Positions 24,912 through 37,699 of a DNA stretch of 64,000 bases are shown one piece after another. A program made the position numbers and the translations under genes. How positions within the stretch are numbered: the stretch's first letter is position 1; each line of letters opens with the position of its first letter. The notes below the pieces were generated by a model that worked only from the letters and a program-made list of their open reading frames with translations, was not told where the DNA came from and did no database searches. The stretch is taken from positions 117,304,001-117,368,000 of the forward strand of contig OX597816.1 of the NCBI GenBank assembly GCA_951406725.2, read 5' to 3'. Source of the DNA: Octopus vulgaris (lineage: Eukaryota).

Positions 24912-26841
24912 AGTGTGTACATGAGGAAGACTACACTTCAATACGAGAGAACATATACACAGACCACCAAATGGCACACAAGCTTGGTATTAGTATTACT
25001 CAATAGGGTATTAATAACCAACATAGTAAAACCAAGTGGTTTATAATGTTACATAAAAGTGAGCTCAAAAGCTTAGCAATTACACTAGCTTAGCAGCTGA
25101 ATTAAAAAAAACACCATAGCAGTCAAGGAATGTGTCCATAATTCTTTTATAATGAGTACAAGCGAACTGATATACAGTCACTTTTATGAAGACATTGACA
25201 AATTGTCTATAAAGATAGGCATCAGCATGTTGAAGAAAATAGAACTAGTAAGATAGAGCATTCACACAATAGTTGTTGACTTTGAACATTTTTACCCTTG
25301 TTTTCCTTGAGGTATCTAATTCTTTTTGATATAAGAAAGGAGACTTTTAATATATTCTTCAAACTTGGGATACACCTAATTTTGGAACAAGGACAACAAT
25401 TTGAAGGGAGGAGTCAAGTCAATTACATCAATCCCAGTACTTAACTGATACTTTATTCTATTGACCCCAAAAGGATGAAAAGTAAAATTGATATCAGCAG
25501 GATTTGAACACAGAATGGTGCATTAGATTGCTGATACACTGACCTCCTCATCACTACTAACTTTAAAAGGTGTATACTGATTGCATTTGTGCAACACAAT
25601 GCTGAAAAATGTTCCTTATTTTACAACTACTTGTAGAGGCTTCATCTTAAATATTTGTGTAGTGATTGCCAATACAAACTATTTTCATATCTATTATACA
25701 CTTTGAATATTATGAACCCTTGACACTTAACTAAACCCCTTAAGTTCTTCCTGAATGATTTAATTTTTATTCAACTGTTATCAATCCACTATTGGATGAA
25801 AGCCTCAGTATGACGTTGCTCACTTATCTATACTGGTTGTAGGTCTACTAGTCCATGCCAGCCAATTGCAGGTTGAATCATGCAAACCTGTGGTCAAATG
25901 ATTAGCTCTGGTCGAGTGTGTGTGTATGTGTGTGTGTGTATGTGTGTGTGTGTATGTGTGTGTGTGTATGTGTGTGTGTGTGACCATGCATGCGTACATA
26001 AATCATAACGTTTTCATCTTGGTTCATTTCTAAATAGGCAAGCAAATTGTCATGTATATATCTACTCTCAATCACTGTAAGAAAGAGAAATATTGATTTC
26101 TTTTCTTGAGACCTAAAATCAATTTTAGTAGAAGAAAGGAATTATCGTCGTCACTGTCATCATCGTTATCATCGTCATCATCATCACCATCATCTTCATC
26201 CTCATCACAACCACCATCATTATTTTATGTCCATTTTTCCATTCTGATATGGGTTGGAGAGGTTTTCACAGTATCTCAACACTTGCTCTCATCCTACATC
26301 ATTTATCACACAGCAACAGAGGAAAACAAGCCAATGAGAGAGCCTCTATGCAGTCACTTGACTTGCTAGAAACAGAAGTCAAATTTTCCTCATATACTAG
26401 AGTCTTCAAATAGAACACATGGGTAAATGCAATGCTAGATATACAAAAAGCAGTATCAGTCATTAGACTGCAGTGGAGCACTACCTTGAGGGGTTTAGTT
26501 GAACAAATCAACCCCAGTACTTATTTTTTAAGCATGGTACTTATTTTATCAGTCTATTGCCGAACAGCTAAATTAGGAGGGTGTAAATAAACCAATATTG
26601 GTTGGAAAGTAGTGGGTGGGTTAAACACAAACATCGACACATAAATATACACTGGCAACTTTTTCCCTTCTTGTAAGGGTAAAAATAGCCAATCCTTCTC
26701 TGGTGTTCTTACAGCCTTACTACATTAGAAATTTAATTTCTTGTCTGCAATATAAACATATATCATCATCATCATCATCATCATCATCATTAGGTATATA
26801 TACCCCACATATATACAATTAAGTATACTTATATATAATAT

Positions 26842-26872
<31 letters not shown>

Positions 26873-27303
26873 TACATATAAGTATACTTGTATGTCCATT
26901 CCTCACTTTCAGCCATCTTATCCCCTTTCTTCTATAGAATGCCTCCCCTCCTCTATTCTTTCTAGTCTCATCTTGTCTTTCCTTTCTTTCACCTTAGTCC
27001 TTCCCATCCAAATCATCACTTCTCTTCCTTTTTCCTCTTTATCTCTCTTTCACTTGCTTCTTTTCTCTCCCCTCCCCCACCTCCCCACGCCTGTACTATT
27101 CCTTCAGTGTTCTGCTTTGTTATAACTAGAAACGGCTCCAACTGAAAGTAGCATTAATTTTTTTAGGTCATTCAACTTTTCTCAACTGATCAATAGACCA
27201 ATTGATAAAAACCTATAATGATCATTAGAAACAGCTGTAAGCCAAATTTACTCTAATAAAAGAAAAATACATAACGATCATTATTCATACCTTGTCTTGT
27301 GCT

Positions 27304-27346
<43 letters not shown>

Positions 27347-27464
27347 TTTACTTGTTTCAGTCATTTGACTGTGGCCATGCTGGAGCACCACCTTTAGTCG
27401 AGCAAATCGACCCCAGGACTTATTCTTTGGAAGCCTAGTACTTATTTTATCGGTCTCTTTTGCC

Positions 27465-27499
<35 letters not shown>

Positions 27500-27836
27500 G
27501 AGAGAGAGAGAGAGAAATGATATATCCAGGAAGGTACCACTCAAACTCTAGTATAATCGAAGTTACAGCTAACCACATTGAATGGTAAGGAGTAACCTGA
27601 GACTATTTGAGGTAAACAATCCCAATGTATTTCATCTGATGGGTAAATTGCTTCATTGGATTATAAACATTTTACTGAGTGTATATCCAAAGCAATTCAA
27701 ATATATAAAAAGAATAATACATCTACAGTTTTTATGACAGTCAATTATAGAGCACATTTAATTTAAATCTCTGTCCCAACATATGTTTCTACTGCATGGA
27801 TATCTCGCAATGTAATTTACATTGGCGTCCAATATG

Positions 27837-27938
27837 TTCAACTGATTAAGAGTCTATGCAACTTTATTCAAGGTTCAATTCAAACTATAATAGCGACAAC
27901 ACCTTGAATAAAGCTGCGTAGACTTTTAACCGGTCGAA
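27837..27938. repeat. Fold-back element, 38-bp arms
   Basis: ttcaactgattaagagtctatgcaactttattcaaggt vs accttgaataaagctgcgtagacttttaaccggtcgaa; mismatches are transitions. Confidence 0.85.
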
Positions 27939-30306
27939 AAAACTTGATGGTAAATATGCTGTATAATTAAGTATAATAAAAACTGTGTAGATGTGTTATT
28001 CTCATTATCTATCTGAATTGTCATTTATATATGCATATAAAAAGTTGAAAATGCACTGGGAGTCATTTAGATTTTTTATTTTTTTATTTTTGAAGATTTA
28101 ACTGGCTTCACAGATTTCTCTGCTTTTCAAAAATTCAAAATAGAAAGACATTGAGCTTTGCCACAATTGTCTTGTTTTTATTGAGAGAACATAACTCAAA
28201 TTAATGTCTGTTTTGGATACGTTTTTATTGGTCAAAAATGATCTCATGATTAGGTTTAGAAATTTCTCTTTTTTCTCTGTTACATCCATTCTTTAATATC
28301 ATATAATAAAAGCAAAATTCTGTCTGTCTGGGACCCCCATATCTCAGTCTACATTTGCTCTACATAGATATATTATATCTTTTTGGAATCAGAATTCTCT
28401 CAGGATTAAAAATCTGCCCTTCATTTGGTTCTTGAACATCCAGCATTGGGATCTGATTTAAAATTATTTGCGTTGCTACTTCTAGCTGGTAAAGCTTGGC
28501 TGATTTGTGCCATCTTGGTTGGCGTTTGTCAGACAATGTCAGAGATCAAGGGGGGAGATAAATGACATTTGCTTCTTTAGTTTTACGTCGAGATAAGAAA
28601 TTTGGGATAAACTGGCCAACTGTTTGAATTCAAATTGGTACTGGAACAATAGAATAATTGCATTACAGAATTAATTCTCATCCATCCTTATCCTCTGATC
28701 AAACACCACAATGGCATATAGTCATTATAGACATATTATAGTCATGCTATTCAGCTCTCTTTAGTTTGGGGTAAGCCCAATCAGCCCTCTGCAGGAGCTA
28801 GCTTAAAAGTCCTCATTGAGTGTGGCTTTTAAGCTATTATACATATAAAATCCTTCAATGTGATTAGGACAAGCCCAGTATCAAATACTGATAGGTTTGT
28901 TTGAAGTACCCAGGATCTGGACAGTTTGTTTCTCCTTGGGGTCAAAGGCTTTAGCTACCACAGCAAGGCTCTCTGTGACTGGTGTGTTAAGGTTGTCAGT
29001 ATCAGGACTAAAGTGCGCCTTTCTATCCTGTATCAGTTGGTGTTGTTTAGTCCCAGGTCAGGTCCAAGGTCCCTTCTATCCTGTATCAATTGATGTTATT
29101 TAGACCCAAAGTATTCCTGCCATGACAATCTGTCCTTTTTTAGACATCTAGAATTACATTATCCAATGCGCCTTTTTAAAAGACAGCAGGATGCAATTTG
29201 AAAAATATTTGGCTCCTCTTTCTGATAGTTCGCAAGACTACATAGAAGCTTCCTCGTTTGCATCAAGCTTTGGCAGATTGTATATCATCTCCATTTTATT
29301 ATTTGGTACCCTTTTACTATTCTTAAAGTAATGAAAGATAAAGTAATCTCTGCCTGTATTTGATTTCATTACATTGAGGGATCTCCAAGTCCGATTCATT
29401 TCCAGTTTCACTGATACCTCAATTTCCCATGTTAAACTATATCCAAGACATTTTCTTGTCTGCCTTAATTCTGTTTTCAGTTTGAAACTCCTGACTGCAT
29501 AGTAACAGATAAATTGAACTAAGGAGAAATTGCCCTACTTTAAAGGTCACATCTTGCTTCTGATATTTGAATTAACGACGAATGTAACAAACATAAATCT
29601 GTATGGATACACATTCTTTTATTGTTTTACTTGTTCTAGTCATTTGACTACGGACATGCTGGAGCACCTCCTTTAGTCGAGCAAATCGACCCCCAAGACT
29701 TAGTCATAGTAAGCCTAGTTCTTATTCTACTGATCTCTTCTAAGTTACAGGGATGTAAGTACACCAGCATCAGTTGTCAAGTGATGCTGGGGGGGGGGGG
29801 AGGCAAACACACACACACATACATATATATATATATGTCTTGTTATTTTCCTTGTCCTGTCTTTTACTGCTTATATTTTGTACTGTCGTTACTGTCCTGT
29901 GTTTGTTACCATTTTTACCCCTCTGCAAAAAGATCTCAAATTTTATTTGAATTGCTTTTCGCAGGAAGGAAAGTTTCTATCGAAGATACGTCTCGCCTTC
30001 ACCTTCGAAACGTAGAGTAGATGAAACCATGGCGACTGAAGAAGGGTTTTTTTCCTTGTGTTATTTGTCCTGTACTCTATTTTTGTTGTTGTTTAAGAAA
30101 AATGTCCAGTTCCTTGGGTTTGTGTCTATGTTTTCGTTTCTCATTGTGTTCGACGTTTTTTTTGGTGTCCTGTACTCATATATGCGTGTATATATACATG
30201 TAGAGGTAGGTACGTACATATATGTATATATATATGCATATGTTTTATTTATTAATATATTATATGACGGAACGCACGCATCCCTTTCTAAGTAAGATTG
30301 TTCTTG

Positions 30307-30418
<112 letters not shown>

Positions 30419-31755
30419 GACCGGCTTCTTTCAGTTTCTGTCTACCAAATCCACTCACAAAGCTTTGGCCAGCCCGAAGCTATTGTAGGAGACATCTGGC
30501 CATATAGTTGGTAAGCTACTTACCACACAGCTACTCATACACATTTTTTAAAGTCCACAGATACACACGTTTTAAATCTGCTGAGTCTATGTTATATAGG
30601 CCATAATAACTAGACGAGTTACATAATTTTTTTTTTCAAGTTCAGGTAGATGTTTAATGGTCTGAAATAACTCAGATAACCAAAAGGCCACAAACCAATT
30701 ATAGCTAGTTGCTACTTAGTCATAATAGCTTAGACAATTTACACAGAAATAGGCCTTCAATGGATTATTTTTCAACATTCGAATTTTACTCGCCTCTCCT
30801 CTGTGATGTGTATAGGTTTAGTCATGTGTCTGTTTACGTATGCGTGTACTTGCTCTATTAACATTTGGCCATTGAAAACCGAACAAACAAAAGTACCCCC
30901 CACCAGCCGCGTGTTATCTTCCTCACGTGTTTACTGCTTTTATCGACAGCTCAACCAAGAGCTAACTTGTCATTTAAAGTTTAGGCTTAAATAGCTTACA
31001 AACGGCTGTTGTCTGTAATATTAGATGTTGTGCTTGGTTTAATTTCTTTCTTTTTTTATTTGTTATTTCTATGACATATTTATCTAGAGGATGAACATGC
31101 ACACAAACTACTTCAGTTTCATTGTCGCGCTTAATTTTCATAATTTCCAGTAGATAGTTGACCGAAAATTAAATTGATAACAAAGCTACCAATTTAATAA
31201 AAAAAACATCTATGTATGTGTGTGTGTGTGTATTGGGTCGCGAGAAACAAATCGCAACAAAAAAGTTTGAAAAACGCTCTTAGACGACTCACGCGCACAC
31301 ACACACAATGTACACATCTGTTTATACATGTATACATATATATATATTTAGAGTCTCATGCTAATGCTATGAGTTAAGTGAGACTATATATATATATATT
31401 TAACCGAGGTCGACTTTGCCTTTCATCCTTTCGAGATCGATAAAGTACCAGTTTCGTACTGGGTCGATGTAATTGACTTAAATCTCTTTATCTGTCCTTG
31501 TTTGTCCCCTTGTGGGCAATAAAGAAATATATATGTATATATGTACATATGTATGTATGTATGTATGTAGAAACAGATGCACACAGATACGTGTATATGT
31601 GTGTGTGCGTGAGTCGTCTAGGACAGCGTTTTTCAGATTTTTTGTTGCGATCCAACGAAGGGTCGGGACCCACAGTTTGAAAAACGCTGGTCTCTTAGAT
31701 GGTCAGGGAAAAGATGCACTCGTATATCTGTCAGTGGAGTGGATATATTATCCCA

Positions 31756-32014
31756 AAAATATAGAATTAAATCTCCATCACGGTTGATCTTACCAATCGG
31801 TTTCGCGTAAAGAATATAATGGAGTGTTTGGTAACAATCTGGTTATATAATACCTCCAACAATAAAGAGCAGTTGCCATATTCCCTTCCATATCGGCTAA
31901 CTCTGATGAGCGTAAAGTTATATAATCGGATTGTTACTTAACACTCCAATGTATTTCTTAACACGAAACCGATTGGTAAGATCAGCCGTGATGGATATTT
32001 AATACTATACTTTT
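31756..32014 (+). mobile_element. Fold-back Penelope-derived micro-element carrying a hammerhead ribozyme
   Basis: Inverted arms of about 95 bp; HHR core CTGATGA (31903-31909), GAAA (31965-31968), GTA (31976-31978). Confidence 0.75.
31894..31988 (+). ncRNA. Type I hammerhead ribozyme motif
   Basis: Stem I cggctaact/agatcagccg, CUGAUGA, stem II gcgtaaag/cttaacac, GAAA, stem III acc-gatt-ggt, cleavage triplet GUA. Confidence 0.7.
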
Positions 32015-32066
32015 ATGTGTGTGTGTGTGTGCATACATAAATGTGTATGTGTGTATATATATATAT

Positions 32067-32360
32067 ATCATCATCATCATCATCATCGTTTAACGTCCGT
32101 TCTCCATGCTAGCATGGGTTGGACGGTTCGACCGGGGATCTGGGAAGCCAGAAGGCTGCACCAGGCTCCGGTCTTATCTGGCAATGTTTCTACAGCTGGA
32201 TGCCCTTCCTAACGCCAACCACTCCGTGAGTGTAGTGGGTGCTTTTTACGTGCCACCTGCACTGGTGCCAGGCGAGGCTGGCATCGGCCACGATCGGATT
32301 GGTGCATTTTACGTGCCACCTGCACGGAAGCCAGTTGAGGCGGCACTGGCTTCGGCTACG
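32067..32360 (-). mobile_element. Family C RTE 3'UTR copy (CpG-rich)
   Basis: (CAT)n-cgtttaacgtccg...ggatgcccttcctaacgccaaccac. Confidence 0.85.
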
Positions 32361-32471
32361 ATATATATATATAGTTAATCCAAACATGAACAATGAGAAA
32401 ACACAACAACCCAAAGACATGGAACAAGTATAGTTTTATTGGACGCTCAGGAAAGGAAAGAAAGAAGGAGG

Positions 32472-32506
32472 ATTTAACGTTTCGAGCGGAGCTCTTCGTC
32501 AGAAAC
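32472..32506 (-). ncRNA. Minimal hammerhead ribozyme motif in a Penelope-type terminal repeat (about 32373-32600)
   Basis: Minus strand gtttCTGACGAa-gagc-tcc-gctc-GAAACGTT-aaat. Confidence 0.65.
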
Positions 32507-32617
32507 ATAGAAAAAGGAAAGGTTCAAGGAAGGAAAGACGGAGAAAGAAAATCGCCAACAATACACATGCGGTCACATATTGAAATGACCGGAATGGAAT
32601 ATATATATATGTTATTT

Positions 32618-32927
32618 TATTTTAACGATAATGTTTAGTCACTCCAATGAACTTCAAGCCTTTCGACAGCCGTTTTCAAACTGAAATTCTGTGGTTTAAG
32701 AGGTTGTATATATAGCAGATGGAACCATATGGTTTATAAAAACATTTATGTACCTTGGAATTTGCACGAACCTCCTCCAAACCACTATGTATTTTACAGA
32801 ATCTTAAACTTAATGAAAAAGATCTTTTGCTGCATAAACAACCTTCTAAACCACAGAATTTCAGTTTGAAAACGGCTATCGCAAGGCTCGAAGCTCATTG
32901 GAGTGACCGTAAACATTATCGTTAAAA
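32618..32927. repeat. Fold-back element with arms of about 95 bp
   Basis: ttaacgataatgttta..gtcactccaatga...ccgttttcaaactgaaattctgtggttta vs its reverse complement at about 32835-32927. Confidence 0.85.
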
Positions 32928-33364
32928 AAAAAATTATCCCCGCAAAAGCCATCTCTACTCCTTTTTTCCTGTGTGTGTGTGTGTGTGGAAACATATACAT
33001 AGGTGTCAACAGCTTGGCAACCGGTGTTAGTTTATTTACGTCCCTGTGCATTAGCGGTTCAGCAAAAAAGAGATCGATAGAATTAGTACCAAGCTTTAAA
33101 ATATAAGTACTGGGGTCGATTTCTTTGGCTGAACTCCTCAAGGCAGTGTCCCAGCATAGCCACAATCTGATGACTGAAACAAGTAAAAGATAAAATATAT
33201 ATATATACACATACATATTCATGCATACATGCACAATTCATGTAAATAAATAAGTAAATTAATGATAAATATGAAATAAACAATCAAAAGCCAACAAGGC
33301 TGAACGAGATATATGTAGAAAGTGGGTGTCAGATAAATTTAATTCAATATAATTTATGCACGTT

Positions 33365-33395
33365 TATCTATCTATCTGTCTGTCTGTCTATCTAT

Positions 33396-33427
<32 letters not shown>

Positions 33428-33487
33428 TTATCTGTCTGTCTGTCTGTATGTCTGTCTGTCTATTTATCTATCTATCTGTCTGTCTAT

Positions 33488-33519
<32 letters not shown>

Positions 33520-33535
33520 TTATCTATCTGTCTGT
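33365..33535. repeat. (TATC)n/(TGTC)n tetranucleotide microsatellite
   Basis: Mixed tatc/tgtc units. Confidence 0.95.
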
Positions 33536-34766
33536 TTGTGTGTGCATGTGCGCGTGATTGTGCACACATGTATCAAGCACATACATATATGTTACTTTAT
33601 ATGTTTTATAGTTAATTCCTAACATTTAAAGCAGGAAGTATTAAAATTTAAAATAATTAAAGATAATTATGTGGAGAAGGAAAAACTATTAGCCTGTAAC
33701 TAAAATTATTTTTATTACTTCAACACGTACAGATATATTTTGGCTTATGACTAAACTAATGAATGAATTTATCAGTGAAATATAGACTTTGATGCAATTG
33801 CCAAGAAAGGGATTGAAGAATCGTGAAATAATTGTACAAACTGCACACTGGTTGCATAAAAAAGCCTAACTTGTTTAGAGAAGTAAGTTACTTATATAAG
33901 TTTACTTATCTATTAGTCTGAGAAAGAAAGATCACCACCTATTGACTCTTTAGATGCTCCAAAACTAAGAGACGAAAATGGAACTACTTGAAACATTGCA
34001 CAGAGAAAGGACTCTTAGTTGTCTAAGATAATTCAAACTCAACAAAGACAATGTCTGAAATTTCATACACCGCCATCAGCAAGTAGTCATCATTATCAAC
34101 ATTGTTTTAATGTCCACTTTTGCATCTTTGTATGGACTGGACAAAGTTTATTGAGGCCAATTTTCTTCAGCAGTATGTGTTTTCTGTCATCAACCTTCAA
34201 CTGTTTGCAAGTAAAGCAATATTTACACATGGCAGGCATGTTTTTGCTGAATATTGGAAATGAATGACACTGTATGACAACAACACTTGTTTACAACTAT
34301 CACACAATATCAAGACAAGTAGACACACACACATACACCCGCGTGCACAATAGGCTTCTCTTAGTTTCTCTCTACCAAATTTACTCACAAGGCTTTGGTC
34401 AGTCCTTTATGCAAATTATTGAAAAAGCTGTGCACTAGCTTACAAGACAGCAAACTTGAAGCTTGCTCCTTACTGTGGATCAATTATAATAAATATTTCA
34501 AGCTAAAGACAACTAGTCATAAGCAGCAAATTGACAGAGTCATTAAAACATCAGATGGAATGCTTCAAATTATTTGTTCCAACTCTGTACTCAAACATCC
34601 AATAGATTGCAGATTCTTGTGCATGTTACCTGTCACCTGCTTCTTAGAAGCCATTTTGCATACAATGTGAGGTGTGATAAAACTTATTTCAACACCCACA
34701 GAACTAAACAGTTCAGAAACATTTTCCTACCAGTTTATTGCAACATTTAATTAAGGAGAATGGAAT

Positions 34767-34993
34767 TTAATCTTTTAGCTTTCAGATTACTCTATCAAAT
34801 GTAATGCTTATTTATTCGTAATGCTCTGAATTAAGCAGGCATAATCTCATAGCCTTCAGATTTCAATGATGTGATGTTTATTTTTAGAATGATATTGTAA
34901 GATATGTGTGAGAGGTCAGATCTGGTGATCTTGAATACAAAACAGGTAGAATATTTACACTGGATATGGCTGGTTTAAATGCTAGAGGGCTAA
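34767..34993. mobile_element. piggyBac-type MITE, copy 3 (degraded)
   Basis: Same internal sequence as 13136-13364. Confidence 0.75.
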
Positions 34994-35237
34994 ACCAAGT
35001 ACCACAGATTAATGAAACATGAGTTCTACTGTGACCCTCTGAATACAGTTAAGTAATCCAAATCAGTGTTTCTGGTGTGGAGGGAGGGCTAAGGGGATTG
35101 AAAAAGAGTTAGCAAATTGCTATGCTTAATTACATTAACCCTTTTGTTACTATATTTATATTGAAATATACTGCATTTGTTTTAGTTAATTTTGAAAATA
35201 ATGAAGAATTTATTGAAATATTTTTTTTGTTATCTGC

Positions 35238-35812
35238 TGTCACAGATTTCATAGTTTTTCAATTTTGTTCCAATTGTTTTCAGATTTGATTATATTAAAT
35301 CAGTTTCGTACGCTATGAAAATGAAATAAATTTTTGCTGAATTAATAAATAAAAAGTTAATAGATTTTAAAGTTTGCAAATCTTGTGTAATTTTAGCCAT
35401 TGAGAGCCACCATTATACACATGACCGTAAATCTCGCATTGTTGTCTGCTTCCAATAGTAATGAGCAAAATTGTAGTCTACTCTGCATTCATTGTAACAA
35501 GGATGCTGTACTCTGCAACTATAACACTTTCACCATCACAACCACTACCACAAGTTTTGCAAAGTGATACTATTTTGTACTGGTTATTTCTGTTTATCAT
35601 TTTGTGACAGGCAGGCATCACACAGAAAATGCAAGGCTTCCAATTCCTGTTTTATGATTGGATTAAAACTGATCAAACTTTGAACATCCGTAACATATTT
35701 CTAAATTTCTGAGAATAAAGGAATCCCAAATTCAGATTCAGCATGAAAAATTACATCAATATACCAAATTTGAAAAGTTTCACTTAATTTTTAAATTTCC
35801 AAATCTGTGACA
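35238..35812. mobile_element. Non-autonomous DNA transposon candidate
   Basis: 12-bp terminal inverted repeats tgtcacagattt / aaatctgtgaca. Confidence 0.45.
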
Positions 35813-36744
35813 ATAATCACAAAGATCTGAAAGATGAATTATAGGGATACAAACTCTATTTTGTCTTACTAATAAAGAAGAGGTGGTACAAAAGTGCTAC
35901 GAGTATTTGGTGGGAGTGCTAGTATTTGTCAGTCTGAAAACCACTGAATTAGATCATTGAAATATAAGTATCTTAGTTATGAATATACTGTGAAATTTGA
36001 ACCTTCAACAACCTAGCTACCAGACCAACTTCCTAATGAACCAGACAGTTGCTGTTATTTATACAGTAATGAGATATGTTCAGTAAGGTGAAAAAAGGAA
36101 ATGTGAATTAGTTGGGAAAAAACATTTGGTAAGTAAAGTGAAGTTGATAAAATGGGTGGATAAATGGTGTGATCTGATAAAGTTGATGGCTAATAAAAAG
36201 CATTAGTTGATGTCTGCGAAAGATATGACTGTTGTAATATGACTATGAAATGATCATGAATGACTTGAGTAAAAATTGTCTCATGGATTTTTGTTTATGT
36301 CCAGAGCATTATTAATTGATGAGACTTACGATCAAAGTTATTTCAGCTATAACTATTCACTTTTCTGCCAGATATAGTGTATTATTCAATACATCCTCTC
36401 TTTTTAAATACAGTGGAGTGTAATTTAAGAGAGATTTGGTTGCTATTTCTAGCAGATCAAGTGATCATAGAGATGTTCCCCTTGTTGGATATTGCTGTGG
36501 TTTAAACTTAGGCCAGCCCTAATCAAGAAAATTTATTATCAAAGACATTTCAGCTATGACCATACTATCTGTAACCATGAATCCATATTAAAATGTATTT
36601 TTTCTAAGACAGTAGGATATATATAAGTGAAATTTGCCTACTATTTCTAGTAGTTTGAGAAATGCATAGAGATTCTTTTGTTGGCTCATCATGTTATATT
36701 TGGTGGCAGTGAAATGAGAGAGGATCAGGTTTTAGAAAATATAG

Positions 36745-37085
36745 AGGAGCGCTCTGTCGGTTACAACAACAAACATCCCAGCTGATATGATCAACGGAAC
36801 AGCTTGCTTGGAACAGCTTGCTCGTGAAATTAACATGCAAGTGGTTGAGCACTCCACAAACACGTGTACTCTTAATGTAGTTCTCAGGGAGATTCAGCCT
36901 GAGACAGAGTGTGACAAGGCTGGCCCTTTGAAATAGAGGTACTACCCATTTTTGCTAGCTGAGTGGACTGGAACAACATGAAATAAAGTGACTTGCTCAA
37001 GGACACAACGCATCACTGGGAATTGACCTCACGACCATATGATCATGAGCCGAATGCCCTAACCACTAAGCCATGTGCCTTCACA
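36745..37085 (-). mobile_element. Family D V-domain-like SINE
   Basis: Reverse complement of 24583-24911, with a local duplication ggaacagcttgct. Confidence 0.88.
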
Positions 37086-37699
37086 GAGAAGAAAATATAA
37101 AATATAGTTGATTTGTTCCATAGAAAATATTATTAACCTTTCAGCTAGACTGCAGATCAGATGGAAAAAAATGATCTGTAGCTCAGCTAGTTTATACCAG
37201 TATGATTACAAATTCTCCTGATAAGACATCAAGCTGGATCTACTGGTGAACCCCCAGCTCAGGAGCTCAGGAGTTTTGGGGAGTAAGGAGTTACCCCTTA
37301 ATCACCACTACTCCCAGTTCCACTCTGGCCCTAGATTTTAGTATTGTCAAGCCTCCTACCCCCAATTATGGGTCAAATAGTGTAAAATGGGTTCCTGGCT
37401 CAGACTTGAAAGAGGAGGGATGGTCCTTAGACATGTCACACAGACTCACTAGTGTGTGGACATGTGCTGATGTCATGGAAACCAATCCCTCTGCTTAATA
37501 GTTAAGCAACCTTATCCTGTGTCTCAAGGAAAAGGCAGGGAGTACAGAAAACAAGCAGAATAAAACTGACTGTATAGTAAGAAGTTTGCTTCCTAGCCCT
37601 GGGCTAACCAAAAGCCTTGTAAGTGGAATTAGTAGACAGAAAATGAAAGAAAAGGAGCCTATCATGTACATATGTGTGTGTGTGTGTGTATGTGATACT

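Noticed and set aside
29960-30050. HHR-like gaaga...cgaaacgta motif
   Set aside because: Core and stem II are too degenerate to call; probably a decayed Penelope repeat.
33740-34070. Purine-rich, coding-looking segment
   Set aside because: Multiple stops in all frames examined and no motif recognised.
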